A DNA stretch of 47,092 bases from Gammaproteobacteria bacterium (GTDB lineage Bacteria > Pseudomonadota > Gammaproteobacteria > UBA9214). The stretch spans positions 1 through 47,092 of the forward strand of contig DATKZN010000345.1 of NCBI GenBank assembly GCA_035527955.1. The letters run 5' to 3'. Below are positions 34,817-47,092 of the stretch, in pieces. Both the position numbers and the translations under genes were made by a program. Each line of letters starts with the position of its first letter. Within the stretch, counting starts at the first letter, position 1. A model generated the notes under the pieces. The model searched no databases and was not told the DNA's origin. It saw only the letters and a list, made by a program, of their open reading frames with translations.

Positions 34817-35580
34817 TTCTTGATCTGGTTCCTGCGATATTGCGCGTAGGCATCGCGCAGATACAGGTACGGGTCGAGCGCGTCCCGTTTAACGCCTTCG
34901 TAGGTATCCTTGTCCAGGGACAGGTTATTCACTGATTCGACGGCGCGAGCACCGATGTAGTCGTAGTTGTCCTTGTCCTTGCCCCAGATATGGTATGTCA
35001 GATCAAGCCAGGTATCGCCTATCTTCCCGATGCCATCGCGCAAGTTGGACGGTCCGAGGAATGGCAGGACCAGGTAGGGTCCGGGTCCGACACCGTAGAC
35101 CCCCAGGGTCTGTCCGGTATCCTCGTCGTGCATCCTGATGCCGAAATGTTCCTTGGCAGGATCGAACATGCCGCCGATTCCGAGTGTGGTATTGGTGGCG
35201 AAGCGGGTCAGTTCGTTACCGGCCACGGCAAACTTGCCCTGCAGTGCAGCGTTGACCATGCGTACCGGCGTCTGCAGGTTGAGAAAGAAATTCTTGATCG
35301 AGATCCGCAGGGGTTCCGGCGTGTAGCGCAAGCCCCTGGCGACCGGTTTCAGGACATAGAAATACATCTTGTCGTTGAACCAGAATATGCCGCGATTGAC
35401 AGGTTCCAGAGGGTCGTAGACTTCCTGGAATTCGGCATCATCGAACAGGGGGATGCTGTCGGTGTCGTTGCTGACGGACGGGGTCGTGTGCGGCACGTCA
35501 TCCTCGGCAGGCAACATATCACTGCACAGACCGCAGGCGGGAATCGACAGGGCCAGCAAGATGGCGATTATTCTTGTCAT
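34813..35580 (-). CDS. mlaA: MlaA/VacJ-family outer-membrane lipoprotein
   Basis: Lipobox [40 protein letters not shown] and [14 protein letters not shown] are present. Confidence 0.9.
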   Translation of the reverse strand: MTRIIAILLALSIPACGLCSDMLPAEDDVPHTTPSVSNDTDSIPLFDDAEFQEVYDPLEPVNRGIFWFNDKMYFYVLKPVARGLRYTPEPLRISIKNFFLNLQTPVRMVNAALQGKFAVAGNELTRFATNTTLGIGGMFDPAKEHFGIRMHDEDTGQTLGVYGVGPGPYLVLPFLGPSNLRDGIGKIGDTWLDLTYHIWGKDKDNYDYIGARAVESVNNLSLDKDTYEGVKRDALDPYLYLRDAYAQYRRNQIKN

Positions 35581-35611
35581 GAGGGTGGCCTAAAACGGTT
35601 TTTATGGTGAA

Positions 35612-35688
<77 letters not shown>

Positions 35689-35692
35689 CTTG

Positions 35693-36694
35693 TTAGTACC
35701 TGCGGTTGACCGAAAATTCTGCGAGGCTGTACAGGGCGTCCTTGTAGGCTGACTCCGGAAGGGCAGTCAATGCCTCGATAGCAAGGTCGGCTTCCCGCTG
35801 CGCCGCCTGCGCAGTGTAGGGGATGGCACCGGTTGATTCAATAATCGCGCACACCGCCTGCATGTTGTCATGGCCGCCGTTTTCGATGGCGCGGCGGATC
35901 AGCCTGGCCTGGCTGGGAGTGCCCATGTGAATGGCATGGATCAGCGGCAGGGTCGGCTTGCCTTCGGCCAGGTCGTCGCCCAGGTTCTTGCCGGTGTCCT
36001 CGGGAGAGGCGCTGTAATCAAGTACATCGTCGATCAGCTGGAAGGCGATGCCCAGATGCAGGCCGTAGTCGGCCAGTGCCTGTTCCATGGCCTCGGGCTG
36101 GCGGCCCAGCACCGCACCGATGCGGGCGGCGGCCTCGAACAGGCGTGCAGTCTTGCGGCTGATCACGTCCAAATAACGCTGCTCGGTGGTGTCCGCGTCG
36201 CGGCAGTTCAACAACTGCAGGACCTCGCCTTCGGCAATGGTGTTGGTCGTATGTGACATGATTTCCATGATGCGCATGTCATTGGCGTCCACCATCATCT
36301 CAAAGGCGCGAGAGTAGAGGAAATCGCCCACCAGCACGCTGGCCTCGTTGCCCCACAGGGCATTTGCGGTCATGTTGCCGCGCCGCAACTGGGAGGCATC
36401 CACGACGTCATCATGCAATAATGTGGCCGTATGGATGAATTCGATGACGGCGGCCAGGTTGATGTGCTGATCGCCGGTATATTCACAGGCATTGGCAGAA
36501 AGCAGCACCAGCAGGGGACGAAGACGCTTGCCGCCGCTATTAATAATATAGTGCGACAGCTGATTGATCAGCGCCACATCGCTGTGGAGACTGCTGCGGA
36601 TAAGGTCGTTGACCCGCTCCAGATCGTCGGCCACAACACTCCTGAGCCCGGCGATATCGCATGCATTTGATTGTTTTTTAACTAATTTTAGCAT
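35693..36694 (-). CDS. ispB: Octaprenyl-diphosphate synthase
   Basis: FARM motif LLHDDVVD and SARM motif FQLIDDVLD. It is divergent from rplU, as in many Gammaproteobacteria. Confidence 0.9.
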   Translation of the reverse strand: MLKLVKKQSNACDIAGLRSVVADDLERVNDLIRSSLHSDVALINQLSHYIINSGGKRLRPLLVLLSANACEYTGDQHINLAAVIEFIHTATLLHDDVVDASQLRRGNMTANALWGNEASVLVGDFLYSRAFEMMVDANDMRIMEIMSHTTNTIAEGEVLQLLNCRDADTTEQRYLDVISRKTARLFEAAARIGAVLGRQPEAMEQALADYGLHLGIAFQLIDDVLDYSASPEDTGKNLGDDLAEGKPTLPLIHAIHMGTPSQARLIRRAIENGGHDNMQAVCAIIESTGAIPYTAQAAQREADLAIEALTALPESAYKDALYSLAEFSVNRRY

Positions 36695-36795
36695 GTGTTC
36701 CTGGGTTCGGTACGGGCTTGCCGGCCGCCCGGCCTGCGCTGAAGTCGAAGAGCAAGTCTAACGTTGTTGGCCGGGCAGTTCCAGATGCTAGTTGA

Positions 36796-36824
36796 TTGAC
36801 CTGCCGGGGCGCAATCATTAGAAT
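36796..36824 (+). promoter_or_regulatory. Sigma-70-type promoter for rplU-rpmA
   Basis: TTGACC (36796-36801), a 17-nt spacer, then TAGAAT (36819-36824), about 45 nt upstream of the rplU ATG. Confidence 0.55.
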
Positions 36825-36868
36825 GAGCGGCCTTTTTAATGCAGTATTTTTGTTCCGGAGTTACTGAA

Positions 36869-37180
36869 ATGTATGCGGTAATCAAGACGGGCGGTAAACA
36901 GTATCGGGTGGCGCAGGGTGATACGCTGCGGCTGGAAACGCTGGACGGCAGCGCCGGCGACGCTATCGAGTTCGACCAGATACTGATGGTAGGCGAGGGC
37001 GCGGATGTGAAAATCGGCACTCCCTTCGTCACAGGCGGCAAGGTCACCGCCACCATCAAGTCACAGGGTCGCGGCAAGAAAGTCGAGATCATCAAGTTCC
37101 GTCGCCGCAAGCATCACATGAAGCGCATGGGACACCGTCAGAACTACACTGAGGTCGAAATTACCGGTATTTCCGGCTGA
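36869..37180 (+). CDS. rplU: 50S ribosomal protein L21
   Basis: [18 protein letters not shown]..., 103 aa, with a ccggag RBS. Confidence 0.95.
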   Translation: MYAVIKTGGKQYRVAQGDTLRLETLDGSAGDAIEFDQILMVGEGADVKIGTPFVTGGKVTATIKSQGRGKKVEIIKFRRRKHHMKRMGHRQNYTEVEITGISG

Positions 37181-37202
37181 TTTCCCGCGAGAGGCATTAG
37201 CA

Positions 37203-37460
37203 ATGGCACATAAAAAGGCAGGCGGCAGTACCCGAAACGGCCGCGATTCAGAATCGAAACGTCTTGGCGTCAAGCGCTTCGGTGGCCAGAGTGTTCTGGC
37301 AGGCAATATCCTCGTGCGTCAGCGCGGTACACGTTTTCATCCGGGCAAGAATGTCGGGATCGGCCGTGACCATACGCTATTCGCGACCAGTGACGGCACC
37401 GTACGGTTCGTGCAGCGCGGCGCCAAGAAGCGCAAGTTCATCGAGATCGATGCCGGCTGA
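37203..37460 (+). CDS. rpmA: 50S ribosomal protein L27
   Basis: [29 protein letters not shown]..., 85 aa. Confidence 0.95.
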   Translation: MAHKKAGGSTRNGRDSESKRLGVKRFGGQSVLAGNILVRQRGTRFHPGKNVGIGRDHTLFATSDGTVRFVQRGAKKRKFIEIDAG

Positions 37461-37483
37461 GCGGCGCTGACATGCAGCATTCA

Positions 37484-37508
37484 AGCCCCGCCCCGTGCGG
37501 GGCTTTTT
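37484..37508 (+). terminator. Rho-independent terminator/attenuator after rpmA
   Basis: aGCCCCGC-cccgt-GCGGGGCt is followed by ttttt, 24 nt after the rpmA stop. Confidence 0.8.
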
Positions 37509-37554
37509 GCTTGTCATGAAGGCAGTTCGGCGCGCGGGGGCAGGGAACGGATAG

Positions 37555-38739
<1,185 letters not shown>

Positions 38740-38830
38740 TGCGCCTGGCCGGTCGCTGCATGAACTTGTGCGAATGCTGAAAACATAACACTATCGCGTT
38801 TAATCCACTGTACACAGGTGCGGCGAGTTT

Positions 38831-39958
38831 ATGTCCGAGAAACGCAATCCCGCTTCGTGCCGGCGCTGGGTCGTCAAGATCGGCAGTTCTCTGCTGACCA
38901 ACGACGGCCAGGGACTGGCGGTCGATGCGATCAGCGGCTGGGTCGAGCAGATTGCCGGTCTGCGACAGGCCGGTCGGGAAGTCCTGCTGGTGTCTTCCGG
39001 CGCGGTTGCGGAGGGCATGACGCGCCTGGGCTGGAAGCGCCGCCCGCATGCGCTGCACGAGCTGCAGGCGGCGGCGGCCGTCGGCCAGATGGGACTGGTC
39101 CAGGCCTACGAATCGCGTTTCCAGAAATTCGGCCTGCATACCGCCCAGGTGCTGCTTACGCACGAGGATCTCGCGGACCGGCAGCGTCACCTGAACGCGC
39201 GCAGTACCCTGCGCACCCTGCTGGGTCTCGGTGTCATCCCGGTGGTCAACGAAAACGATACGGTGACCACGGAGGAGATCCGCTTCGGTGACAACGATAC
39301 CCTGGCGGCGCTGGTCGCGAACCTGATCGAAGCGGACCTGCTGATCCTGCTGACCGACCAGGGCGGCATGTACGATGGGGACCCGCGCAAGAACCCGGCT
39401 GCACGCCTGATCGCCGAGGCCGATGCGGAGGATGCGGGGCTGGATACCATGGCATCGGCCAGTGGCGGGGCGCTGGGCCGCGGGGGCATGCAGACCAAGC
39501 TCCGGGCCGCGCGCCGCGCCGCACGATCCGGTGCCATGACCCTGATCGCGCCGGGCCGCGAGTCGAATATCCTGCAACGTATCGCGGCTGGCGAATCGCT
39601 TGGTACCCGCCTGTATCCGTCCAGCGCGCCACTGGCGGCGCGCAAGCGCTGGCTGGCGGGGCAGTTGCAGGTTCGCGGGCGTCTGCAACTCGATGCCGGT
39701 GCCACGCAGGTGCTGTGCGGCGCAGGCCGCAGCCTGTTGCCGGTCGGTGTGGTGCGCATTGATGGCGAGTTCGAGCGCGGCGACCTGGTGGCCTGCATCG
39801 GCGATGATGAACGGGAAATCGCGCGCGGCCTGGTGAACTACAGCGCGGACGACGCGCGGCGGATCATCGGCAAGCCCAGCAGCCGTATCGAGGAACTGCT
39901 GGGCTACGTGGACGAGCCGGAACTGATACACCGCGATAACCTGGTGCTGACCGCTTAA
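38831..39958 (+). CDS. proB: Glutamate 5-kinase with a C-terminal PUA domain
   Basis: [22 protein letters not shown] and [12 protein letters not shown], with a PUA-like C-terminus. Confidence 0.92.
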   Translation: MSEKRNPASCRRWVVKIGSSLLTNDGQGLAVDAISGWVEQIAGLRQAGREVLLVSSGAVAEGMTRLGWKRRPHALHELQAAAAVGQMGLVQAYESRFQKFGLHTAQVLLTHEDLADRQRHLNARSTLRTLLGLGVIPVVNENDTVTTEEIRFGDNDTLAALVANLIEADLLILLTDQGGMYDGDPRKNPAARLIAEADAEDAGLDTMASASGGALGRGGMQTKLRAARRAARSGAMTLIAPGRESNILQRIAAGESLGTRLYPSSAPLAARKRWLAGQLQVRGRLQLDAGATQVLCGAGRSLLPVGVVRIDGEFERGDLVACIGDDEREIARGLVNYSADDARRIIGKPSSRIEELLGYVDEPELIHRDNLVLTA

Positions 39959-40017
39959 CCGGTATCCGGATCAACGCAGGTACGCAGCCAACTGCTGCGA
40001 CAGGCGGTTCAAGGGCA

Positions 40018-40048
40018 TAAAAAAAGCCGGTCAGTGACCGGCTTTTTT
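40018..40048. terminator. Bidirectional rho-independent terminator between convergent proB and rpsT
   Basis: aaaaaaaa-GCCGGTC-agt-GACCGGC-tttttt. The A-run and T-run flank a perfect 7-bp stem. Confidence 0.85.
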
Positions 40049-40068
40049 ACGAGGCGTGATAGCTGCGC

Positions 40069-40329
40069 TCAGAGTGCGCGAATCTGCTGGTTCAGGCGGC
40101 TCTTGTGGCGGGCGGCCTTGTTGGTATGAATCAGGCCCTTGCCCGCGGCGGTGTCGATGACCGGCACGGCAGCAGTGTAGGCCTGCGAGGCGGCATCACG
40201 ATCGCCGGCCTTGATGGCGGCGAGCACTTTCTTGATCGAGGTACGCATGCGCGAGCGCTGGCTGGCATTGAGCTGGCGGTTCTTTTCGGTCTGGCGGGCG
40301 CGCTTGATGGCTTGTGCTGAGTTTGCCAA
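40069..40329 (-). CDS. rpsT: 30S ribosomal protein S20 (TTG start)
   Basis: This is the lower part of track ORF 40069..40977. (L->M)[34 protein letters not shown] is the canonical S20 N-terminus. The TTG at 40327-40329 follows ggag by 7 nt. E. coli rpsT is also known to use UUG. Confidence 0.9.
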   Translation of the reverse strand: MANSAQAIKRARQTEKNRQLNASQRSRMRTSIKKVLAAIKAGDRDAASQAYTAAVPVIDTAAGKGLIHTNKAARHKSRLNQQIRAL

Positions 40330-40368
40330 GGGACTGCTCCTGCAAATCGGGTCTATGGAAAGCCGCGT

Positions 40369-40397
40369 ACTATGCGGATTCGGCTCGTAATTGTCAA
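40369..40397 (-). promoter_or_regulatory. Candidate sigma-70 promoter for rpsT
   Basis: On the minus strand: TTGACA (40397-40392), a 17-nt spacer, then CATAGT (40374-40369), about 40 nt upstream of the TTG start. Confidence 0.45.
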
Positions 40398-40567
40398 TGT
40401 AGGCGTTGCTAAAGCGGCACCAGCCGGGCGGGGCCGGCATCCGGGTGTGCCCGTGGCGTCCGTCACGGACGATTCGAGGGGTGGTAAGTCGTTGTTTTTC
40501 AAGTATACTGCACGGCTGTTTCGGCATTGCATGGGCGCCTCCGCGCCGGCCTGGCCAGGTTGCACAG

Positions 40568-42142
40568 ATGAGCAGCAAGTTACTGAAAAGCACTGCAATT
40601 GTTGGCGCGATGACGCTGGTCTCGCGGGTGCTCGGGCTGGTGCGCGACATGGTGCTCGCACGCCTGTTCGGTGCCGATGCGGCCATGGACGCGTTCTTCG
40701 TCGCCTTCAAGATCCCCAACTTTCTGCGTCGGCTGTTCGCGGAAGGTGCCTTCTCGCAGGCCTTCGTGCCGGTCATCTCCGAATACCGCGAGCAGCAGCC
40801 GGCAGCCGCCGTGCAGGCACTGGTCAACCGCGTGGCCGGTACCCTGCTGGGCATCCTGTCGCTGCTGACCGTGGTGGGCGTGCTGGCCAGCCCGGTACTG
40901 GTGATGATATTCGCGCCCGGTTTCCTGCACCGCAATCCCGCGCAGTTCGAGCTGGCCTCGCAACTGCTGAGTATCACGTTTCCCTACCTGCTGTTTGTCT
41001 CGCTGGTGGCATTTATCGCGGGTATCCTGAATACCTACGGCAAGTTCGCGGCGGCCTCGTTCGTGCCGGTCTGGCTGAACGTCGTGCTCATCGTGGCAGC
41101 GTTGCTGGTTTCGCCGCGCCTCGAACAGCCCGTGTTTGCACTGGCCGGCGGAGTGTTCGTCGCCGGCGTGCTGCAGGTCCTGTTTCTGCTGCCCTCGCTC
41201 AAGCGCATCGGCATCCTGCCCCGGCCGCGCTGGGGCATGCATGACGAGGGTGTGCGTCGCATCATGAAACTGATGCTGCCCGGCATCTTCGGTTCCTCGG
41301 TGGCGCAGATCAACCTGTTGCTGGACACCCTGATCGCCTCGTTTCTCGTGGCCGGCAGCGTCAGCTGGTTGTACTACTCCGACCGGCTGGTCGAGTTCCC
41401 GCTCGGCGTGTTCGCCATCGCGCTCTCGACCGTGATCCTGCCCAGCCTGTCGCGCAGTCACGCCAACGGTTCAAGCGAAGAGTTCTCGCGCACGCTGGAC
41501 TGGGCCTTGCGCGTGGTGCTGCTGATCGGTGTGCCTGCCACCATTGGTCTGATGCTGCTGGCGCGGCCGATGCTCGCGACCCTGTTCTACTACGGGGATT
41601 TCGGCGCCACGGATGTCGCCATGTCCGGCCTGAGCCTCATGGCCTTCGCGTTCGGCCTGCCGGGGTTTATGCTGATCAAGGTACTGGCACCGGCCTATTA
41701 TTCACGCAAGGATATACGCACGCCGGTGCGGATCGCCGTGATCGCGATGTTTACCAACATGCTGCTCAACATCGTGCTGGTCGTGCCCATGGTCATGCTG
41801 GGTATCCCCGGCCCCCATGCCGGTCTGGCGCTGGCAACCTCGCTGGCGGCCTGGCTCAATGCCAGCCTGCTGTACCGGACACTCGGCAAGCAGCAGGTGT
41901 TTACGGCGCAGGCCGGCTGGCCGCGCCTGCTGCTGCAACTGGCGCTGGCCGGTACAGCGTTGACCGCTCTGCTGCTGTGGGGCGTGCCGTCGCTCGAAGC
42001 CTGGTTGCAGTGGGGTGCCGGCGAGCGCGTCTGGCGCCTGCTGTTCTGGGTGCTGGCCGGCGCGGCGGGTTACTTGCTGGTTTTGCGGATCGCCGGGTTG
42101 CGGCTGACGAGCCTCTGGCACTACGGGCAGCATGGCGGCTAG
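40568..42142 (+). CDS. murJ: Lipid II flippase MurJ (MviN)
   Basis: The ATG at 40568 gives [36 protein letters not shown]...[26 protein letters not shown]. It is polytopic. Confidence 0.92.
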   Translation: MSSKLLKSTAIVGAMTLVSRVLGLVRDMVLARLFGADAAMDAFFVAFKIPNFLRRLFAEGAFSQAFVPVISEYREQQPAAAVQALVNRVAGTLLGILSLLTVVGVLASPVLVMIFAPGFLHRNPAQFELASQLLSITFPYLLFVSLVAFIAGILNTYGKFAAASFVPVWLNVVLIVAALLVSPRLEQPVFALAGGVFVAGVLQVLFLLPSLKRIGILPRPRWGMHDEGVRRIMKLMLPGIFGSSVAQINLLLDTLIASFLVAGSVSWLYYSDRLVEFPLGVFAIALSTVILPSLSRSHANGSSEEFSRTLDWALRVVLLIGVPATIGLMLLARPMLATLFYYGDFGATDVAMSGLSLMAFAFGLPGFMLIKVLAPAYYSRKDIRTPVRIAVIAMFTNMLLNIVLVVPMVMLGIPGPHAGLALATSLAAWLNASLLYRTLGKQQVFTAQAGWPRLLLQLALAGTALTALLLWGVPSLEAWLQWGAGERVWRLLFWVLAGAAGYLLVLRIAGLRLTSLWHYGQHGG

Positions 42143-42153
42143 CGACGATGGCT

Positions 42154-43080
42154 ATGGAATTCATTCGTGGCCTGTATAACCTGCGTCCCGCACAACGCGG
42201 CTGCGTCGCCACCATCGGTAATTTCGACGGCATGCACCGAGGTCACCAGGCGGTGCTCGAGCAGCTGCGGGAGCAGGCCGGGCGCCTGCAGCTGCCAGCC
42301 ACGCTGATCACCTTCGAGCCGCTGCCGCGTGAATTCTTTACGCCGCAGGAGGCACCGCCGCGCCTGACCCGGCTGCGGGAAAAAGTGCAGGCGCTGCAGC
42401 GCTACGGTATCGAGCGCGTGGTGTGCCTGCGTTTCGACCGGCGGCTGGCGGGGCTTGCACCCGAGGTGTTCATCCGCGAAATCCTGGTCGACGGCATGGG
42501 CGTGCGCTACCTGGTGGTCGGTGATGACTTCCGTTTCGGTAAACACCGCGCCGGAACCTTCGCCACCCTGCACGATGCCGGCGTGCAGTACGGCTTCGAG
42601 GTGGCCAGCATGCGTACCTTTCGGGTTGGCGATGACCGGGTCAGCAGCACGCGCGTGCGCGAGGCGCTGGCGCACGGCGACCTGTTGACGGCGTCGCTGC
42701 TGCTCGGGCGGCCCTATGCCATGAGCGGGCGCGTCGCGCACGGCGACAAGCGTGGCCGCACCATCGGCTTTCCGACGGCCAATATCTTCCTGCACCGTGC
42801 CAGTTCGCCGGTGGCCGGCGTATTCGCCGTAGAGGTCGAGGGCATCGCGGACACGCCGGTGCAGGGCGTGGCCAATGTCGGCAGCCGGCCCACGGTCGAC
42901 GGCACCCGTTCGCTGCTGGAGGTGCACCTGTTCGACTTCGCGGCAGACATCTACGGCAAATACGTACAGGTCGGTTTTCTGAAAAAACTGCGCGAGGAGC
43001 GGCGTTTCGCCTCCTTCGATGCCCTGCGTGAGCAGATCCTCGTCGATGCCGGCCAGGCGCGGGCGTTTTTCCAGGACTGA
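42154..43080 (+). CDS. ribF: Bifunctional riboflavin kinase / FMN adenylyltransferase
   Basis: MEFIRGLYNL...VATIGNFDGMHRGHQAV, with GRTIGFPTANI. An in-frame ATG at 42148 is an alternative start. Confidence 0.9.
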   Translation: MEFIRGLYNLRPAQRGCVATIGNFDGMHRGHQAVLEQLREQAGRLQLPATLITFEPLPREFFTPQEAPPRLTRLREKVQALQRYGIERVVCLRFDRRLAGLAPEVFIREILVDGMGVRYLVVGDDFRFGKHRAGTFATLHDAGVQYGFEVASMRTFRVGDDRVSSTRVREALAHGDLLTASLLLGRPYAMSGRVAHGDKRGRTIGFPTANIFLHRASSPVAGVFAVEVEGIADTPVQGVANVGSRPTVDGTRSLLEVHLFDFAADIYGKYVQVGFLKKLREERRFASFDALREQILVDAGQARAFFQD

Positions 43081-43132
43081 GCACTGGTTCCGGGGTCATG
43101 CCATACGTGCGCGGCCCTGCGGCCGGGAGTTT

Positions 43133-43141
43133 TGGTAGAAT
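43133..43141 (+). promoter_or_regulatory. Possible extended -10 promoter (TGgTAGAAT) upstream of ileS
   Basis: tttTGgTAGAAT lies 86 nt upstream of the ileS ATG. There is no good -35, which is tolerable for an extended -10. Confidence 0.3.
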
Positions 43142-43226
43142 CACAGCCGGGTGGCCGGAAAACGGTATGCAACGGATTATTAATGGTTTATAACTCGGCG
43201 CCTGGTGCGCCCCTGCGGTGTGTGTG

Positions 43227-46073
43227 ATGTCTGATTACAAGAATACGCTCAACCTTCCCAGCACGGCCTTTCCCATGAAGGGCAACCTGCCGAGCCGTGA
43301 GCCGGAGCTTCTCAAGCGCTGGGAAACGATGGATCTCTACGGCAAGCTGCGCGCCGCAGCAAACGGCCGGCCGAAATTCACCCTGCACGACGGGCCGCCC
43401 TATGCCAACGGCCAGATCCATATCGGCCATGCCGTGAACAAGGTGCTCAAGGACATCATCATCAAGAGCCGGACGCTGGAGGGCTTCGATGCCCCGTACG
43501 TGCCGGGCTGGGACTGTCACGGTCTGCCGATCGAACTGAATGTCGAGAAGAAGGTCGGCAAGGCCGGCGTGAAGGTCGATGCGTCCACCTTCCGCAAGGC
43601 CTGCCGCGACTACGCCGGCAAGCAGGTGGACGGACAGCGCAAGGATTTCATCCGTCTCGGTGTGTTCGGTGACTGGAACAATCCCTACCTCACCATGGAT
43701 TACCTGTTCGAGGCGGACATCATTCGCGCGCTGGGCCGGATCATCGACAACGGCCACCTGCACAAGGGATTCAAGCCGGTGCACTGGTGCACCGACTGCC
43801 AGTCGGCGCTGGCCGAGGCCGAGGTGGAATACGAGGACAAGGATTCACCCGCCATCGACGTGCGCTTCCGCGTGCTGAACGAGGCCGGGCTGATGGCCGC
43901 CTGCCATCACGTCGACGGTCATGCCGGTGAAGGACCGGTCTCGGTCGTGATCTGGACCACCACACCGTGGACGCTGCCGGCCAACATGGCCGTGGCGCTG
44001 AACCCGGCACTCGACTATGCCGTGGTGCAGTGCGACACCGGCAAGGGCAAGGAACGGCTGGTCATCGCCGAGGCCCTGCTCAAGGATGCCATGCTGCGTT
44101 ACGGCGCCGAGCACTACCAGGTGGTGGCGTACGGCAAGGGTAGCGACCTGGAAGGACTGAGCCTGGCGCATCCCTTCTACGCACGCGAGGTGCCCGTCAT
44201 CCTCGGCGATCATGTGACCACCGAGGCCGGTACCGGCGCGGTGCACACGGCGCCCGGACACGGCCAGGACGACTACGTGGTCGGCAGTCGCTACCGGCTC
44301 GAGGTGTACAACCCGGTCGGCAGCAACGGCTGTTTCCTGCCGGATACCGAGCTGTTTGCCGGCGAGCACGTGTTCGCCGCCAATGCGCATGTCATCGAGG
44401 TGCTGAAGAGCAAGGGCGCGCTGCTGCACGAGGAAATACTGCGCCACAGCTACCCGCATTGCTGGCGTCACAAGACGCCGATCATCTTCCGTGCCACCCC
44501 GCAGTGGTTCATCAGCATGGAGCAGGGCGGCCTGCGCAAGGCGGCGCTCGCGGCCATCGACCAGGTGCGCTGGTTGCCGGACTGGGGCAAGGCGCGCATC
44601 GAGGGCATGGTCGCGGGCCGGCCGGACTGGTGCGTGTCGCGGCAACGCACCTGGGGTGTGCCGATCACCCTGTTCGTGCACAAACAGAGCGGTGAATTGC
44701 ACCCGGATACGGCGCGTCTCATCGAGCGCGTGGCGCAACGCGTCGAGCAGGCCGGTATCGATGCCTGGTTCGAGCTGCAGCCGGCAGACCTGCTCGGGGA
44801 TGACGCCGCAGATTACGACAAGGTCGGCGACACGCTGGACGTGTGGTTCGATTCCGGCGTCACCCACTTCGCTGTGCTGGAACGGCGCGCGGAGCTGGCG
44901 GTGCCGGCCGATCTCTACCTGGAAGGTTCCGACCAGCACCGCGGCTGGTTCCAGTCCTCCTTGCTGAGTTCGATCGCCATGCGCGGCAGCGCCCCCTATC
45001 GCACCGTGCTGACGCACGGCTTCACCGTGGATGCGAAGGGCCAGAAAATGTCCAAGTCACGCGGCAACGTGGTGGCGCCGCAGAAGATCATGAACTCGCT
45101 CGGTGCCGACATCCTGCGCCTGTGGGTCGCGGCCACCGACTATCGCGGCGAAATGACAGTCTCGGACGAGATACTCAAGCGCACCGCCGACGCCTACCGG
45201 CGCCTGCGCAACACCTCGCGCTACCTGCTGGCCAACCTGAACGGCTTCGACCCGGAGCAGCACCTGCTCGATCCCGAACAGGTGCTATGCCTCGACCGCT
45301 GGGCCATCGAGCGCACGCGCAAGCTGCAGGAGCAGGTGCGGCAGGCCTACGAGAACTACGAGTACCACCGCATCTACCAGCTGGTGCACAACTTCTGCGC
45401 GATCGACATGGGCAGCTTCTATATCGATATCATCAAGGACCGCCAGTACACCACGCCGGGTGACAGCATCCCGCGCCGCTCGGCGCAGACCGCCCTGTAT
45501 CACGTGGCCGAGGCGCTGGTGCGCTGGCTGGCGCCGATCCTGAGTTTTACCGCCGAGGAAATCTGGCAGCACCTGCCGGGCAAGCGCGCGGAGTCCGTAT
45601 TCCTGTCCACCTGGTACGAACTGCCGCCGGCGTTCTATCCCGAGGGCGAGATCCTGCAGCGCATGGGCACGGATTTCTGGGAACGCATCATCGCCGCGCG
45701 CGACAGCATCAGCAAGGAACAGGAAAAACTGCGCGTGGCGGGCGACATCGGTTCGTCGCTGGATGCCGAGGTGGACCTGTATGCCGACGAGCCGACGCGC
45801 GCGCTGCTGGGCGCGATCGGCGACGAACTGCGTTTCGTGCTGATCACCTCCTATGCACGCGTGCACGCACTGGAGGAGGCGCCGGAGTCCGCCGTCACGG
45901 CGCAGGTGGCCGGGCTGAACTTCCGCATCCGCGTCACGCCGTCGCAACATGCCAAGTGCGTGCGTTGCTGGCACCATCGCGAGGATGTGGGCACGCACGC
46001 AAAACACCCGGAGCTGTGCGGGCGCTGTGTCGAGAACATCGACGGCGACGGCGAACGGCGCCGTTTTGCCTGA
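43227..46073 (+). CDS. ileS: Isoleucine--tRNA ligase
   Basis: [21 protein letters not shown], the HIGH motif ([14 protein letters not shown]), KMSKS ([10 protein letters not shown]) and a C-terminal zinc-finger motif (CVRCWHH...CGRC). Confidence 0.95.
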   Translation: MSDYKNTLNLPSTAFPMKGNLPSREPELLKRWETMDLYGKLRAAANGRPKFTLHDGPPYANGQIHIGHAVNKVLKDIIIKSRTLEGFDAPYVPGWDCHGLPIELNVEKKVGKAGVKVDASTFRKACRDYAGKQVDGQRKDFIRLGVFGDWNNPYLTMDYLFEADIIRALGRIIDNGHLHKGFKPVHWCTDCQSALAEAEVEYEDKDSPAIDVRFRVLNEAGLMAACHHVDGHAGEGPVSVVIWTTTPWTLPANMAVALNPALDYAVVQCDTGKGKERLVIAEALLKDAMLRYGAEHYQVVAYGKGSDLEGLSLAHPFYAREVPVILGDHVTTEAGTGAVHTAPGHGQDDYVVGSRYRLEVYNPVGSNGCFLPDTELFAGEHVFAANAHVIEVLKSKGALLHEEILRHSYPHCWRHKTPIIFRATPQWFISMEQGGLRKAALAAIDQVRWLPDWGKARIEGMVAGRPDWCVSRQRTWGVPITLFVHKQSGELHPDTARLIERVAQRVEQAGIDAWFELQPADLLGDDAADYDKVGDTLDVWFDSGVTHFAVLERRAELAVPADLYLEGSDQHRGWFQSSLLSSIAMRGSAPYRTVLTHGFTVDAKGQKMSKSRGNVVAPQKIMNSLGADILRLWVAATDYRGEMTVSDEILKRTADAYRRLRNTSRYLLANLNGFDPEQHLLDPEQVLCLDRWAIERTRKLQEQVRQAYENYEYHRIYQLVHNFCAIDMGSFYIDIIKDRQYTTPGDSIPRRSAQTALYHVAEALVRWLAPILSFTAEEIWQHLPGKRAESVFLSTWYELPPAFYPEGEILQRMGTDFWERIIAARDSISKEQEKLRVAGDIGSSLDAEVDLYADEPTRALLGAIGDELRFVLITSYARVHALEEAPESAVTAQVAGLNFRIRVTPSQHAKCVRCWHHREDVGTHAKHPELCGRCVENIDGDGERRRFA

Positions 46074-46086
46074 GCGTCGGGAGCAT

Positions 46087-46566
46087 ATGACAGTGAAATG
46101 GTTATGGATTACCGTCGTGGTATTGCTGCTGGACCAGGGCACCAAGCTGCTGGCCGACAGCAGCATGGCATTGTATGACCCCATCGAACTGCTGCCATCG
46201 CTGGCCCTGACCAAGGCCTACAATACGGGCGCGGCATTCAGCTTTCTCGGCGACGCGTCGGGCTGGCAACGCTGGTTCTTCAGCGGCCTGGCGGTGGTGG
46301 TGTGCGGCGTGTTGCTGGTCTGGCTGCGGCGTCTGCATGCACGCGAGTGGCGCACGGCGCTGGCGCTGACACTGATCCTGGGCGGTGCCATCGGCAACCT
46401 GATCGATCGTCTCCTGTATGGCCATGTCATCGACTTCATCGACGTCTATTACAAGACCTGGCACTGGCCGACGTTCAACGTCGCCGATTCGGCCATCAGC
46501 ATCGGCGCCGCGCTGCTGGTGCTGGATGCGCTGTTCAGTCACCGCCACACGCCTTCCGGGGCATGA
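46087..46566 (+). CDS. lspA: Lipoprotein signal peptidase II
   Basis: The ATG at 46087 has a gggag RBS. LLLDQGTKLLA, YNTGAAFSFL, GGAIGNLIDR and FNVADSAISIGA are present. Confidence 0.92.
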   Translation: MTVKWLWITVVVLLLDQGTKLLADSSMALYDPIELLPSLALTKAYNTGAAFSFLGDASGWQRWFFSGLAVVVCGVLLVWLRRLHAREWRTALALTLILGGAIGNLIDRLLYGHVIDFIDVYYKTWHWPTFNVADSAISIGAALLVLDALFSHRHTPSGA

Positions 46567-47018
46567 GATATAACGTCAGTCCGGGCAGCACGGTCACACT
46601 GCACCTGTCGCTGACGCTCGAAGACGGCACGGTTGCGGAGTCCACCGGCGACGGCGAGCCGTTCACCTTCACCATGGGCGAGGGCGTGCTGGCGCACGGC
46701 CTGGAACTGGCCCTGTACGGCCTGTATCCGGGCGACACGCAGCACATCGAGCTGACACCGGAGCAGACCTTCGGCCGGCGCGACCCGGCCCACATCCACC
46801 GCCTGCCGCGTTCGGTATTCCCCGCGGACATGCACATCGCGCCGGGCGTGATCGTCGGCTTCGAAACCCCGGAGGGCGACGAGGTCGGCGGCGCGGTGCT
46901 GTCCCTGGATGCGGATTCCGTCGAAGTGGATTTCAATCACCCGCTGGCGGGGCACATGATCACGTTCGACGTGGAGATCATCGATGTGGTTCCTGCGGAG
47001 GGCGGGGAAGTGAAATAA
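46563..47018 (+). CDS. fkpB: FKBP-type peptidyl-prolyl cis-trans isomerase (FkpB/SlpA-like)
   Basis: The ATG overlaps the lspA stop (ATGA). The sequence is VTLHLSLTLEDGTVAEST...FTMGEGVLAHGLELALYGL...VDFNHPLAGHMITFDVEI. Confidence 0.88.
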   Translation: MRYNVSPGSTVTLHLSLTLEDGTVAESTGDGEPFTFTMGEGVLAHGLELALYGLYPGDTQHIELTPEQTFGRRDPAHIHRLPRSVFPADMHIAPGVIVGFETPEGDEVGGAVLSLDADSVEVDFNHPLAGHMITFDVEIIDVVPAEGGEVK

Positions 47019-47092
47019 AATAAATATTTCGCAAAAAGACACAAACAAAAAACTTGCAGCCACGCGGGAAAATTGGCTGGATACATTTTTCC

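Noticed and set aside
40069-40977. A 302-aa ORF extending rpsT upstream across the murJ start. Similar over-long N-terminal extensions occur at 37558 (obg), 41977 (ribF), 40406 (murJ), 45949 (lspA), 46302 (fkpB), 33866 (mazG), 36839 (rplU) and 31721 (iscU).
   Set aside because: In each case the canonical protein N-terminus begins at an internal start codon with an RBS and/or a stop-start overlap. The upstream extension overlaps a neighbouring gene or is low-complexity.

Overview
This window looks like GC-rich chromosomal DNA of gammaproteobacterial type. It is densely coding with housekeeping and accessory-metabolism genes. I found no IS elements, integrases, prophage genes, CRISPR arrays or rRNA.

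Left to right:
- 1-5172: a six-gene minus-strand MoxR / DUF58 / DUF4381 / VWA / VWA / TPR (Bat-like) operon with overlapping stop and start codons.
- 5615-6783: ppk2 with a tightly coupled small acidic ORF.
- 7066-8244: an FN3 lipoprotein with Ser/Thr-rich tandem repeats, followed by about 680 nt of non-coding DNA.
- 8245-14127: a complete sucrose cluster, sps-spp-fructokinase-amylosucrase.
- 14310-20832: nadA plus an unknown lipoprotein, a Sel1 protein, queD plus a tandem thioredoxin-fold protein, and fabA-fabB.
- 20943-23135: yajQ next to a receiver/degenerate-GGDEF protein.
- 23418-31050: yihY, yjbQ, yhcB, yggS, a 2-hydroxyacid dehydrogenase, a chalcone-isomerase-like protein, NUDIX, ykgJ and a RibD_C-like protein.
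- 31224-35580: an iscR-like/iscU pair without iscS, then rsd, DUF882, mazG and mlaA.
- 35612-47018: tRNA-Pro(CGG), then the conserved block ispB / rplU-rpmA-obg-proB / rpsT / murJ-ribF-ileS-lspA-fkpB.

No single obviously new multi-gene system stands out. The leads I rate highest:
- the REC-GGDEF protein with a dead active site, an intact I-site, a hyper-acidic tail and a C-terminal amphipathic helix, sitting next to YajQ
- an IscR-like regulator that lacks all cluster-ligand cysteines and sits directly upstream of iscU
- a YihY membrane protein fused to an Rrf2-like winged-helix region
- the small coupled ORFs at ppk2 and yjbQ
- two large non-coding islands at 7564-8244 and 32083-32540

All family assignments come from reading the translations and from memory of family motifs. 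No searches were run.
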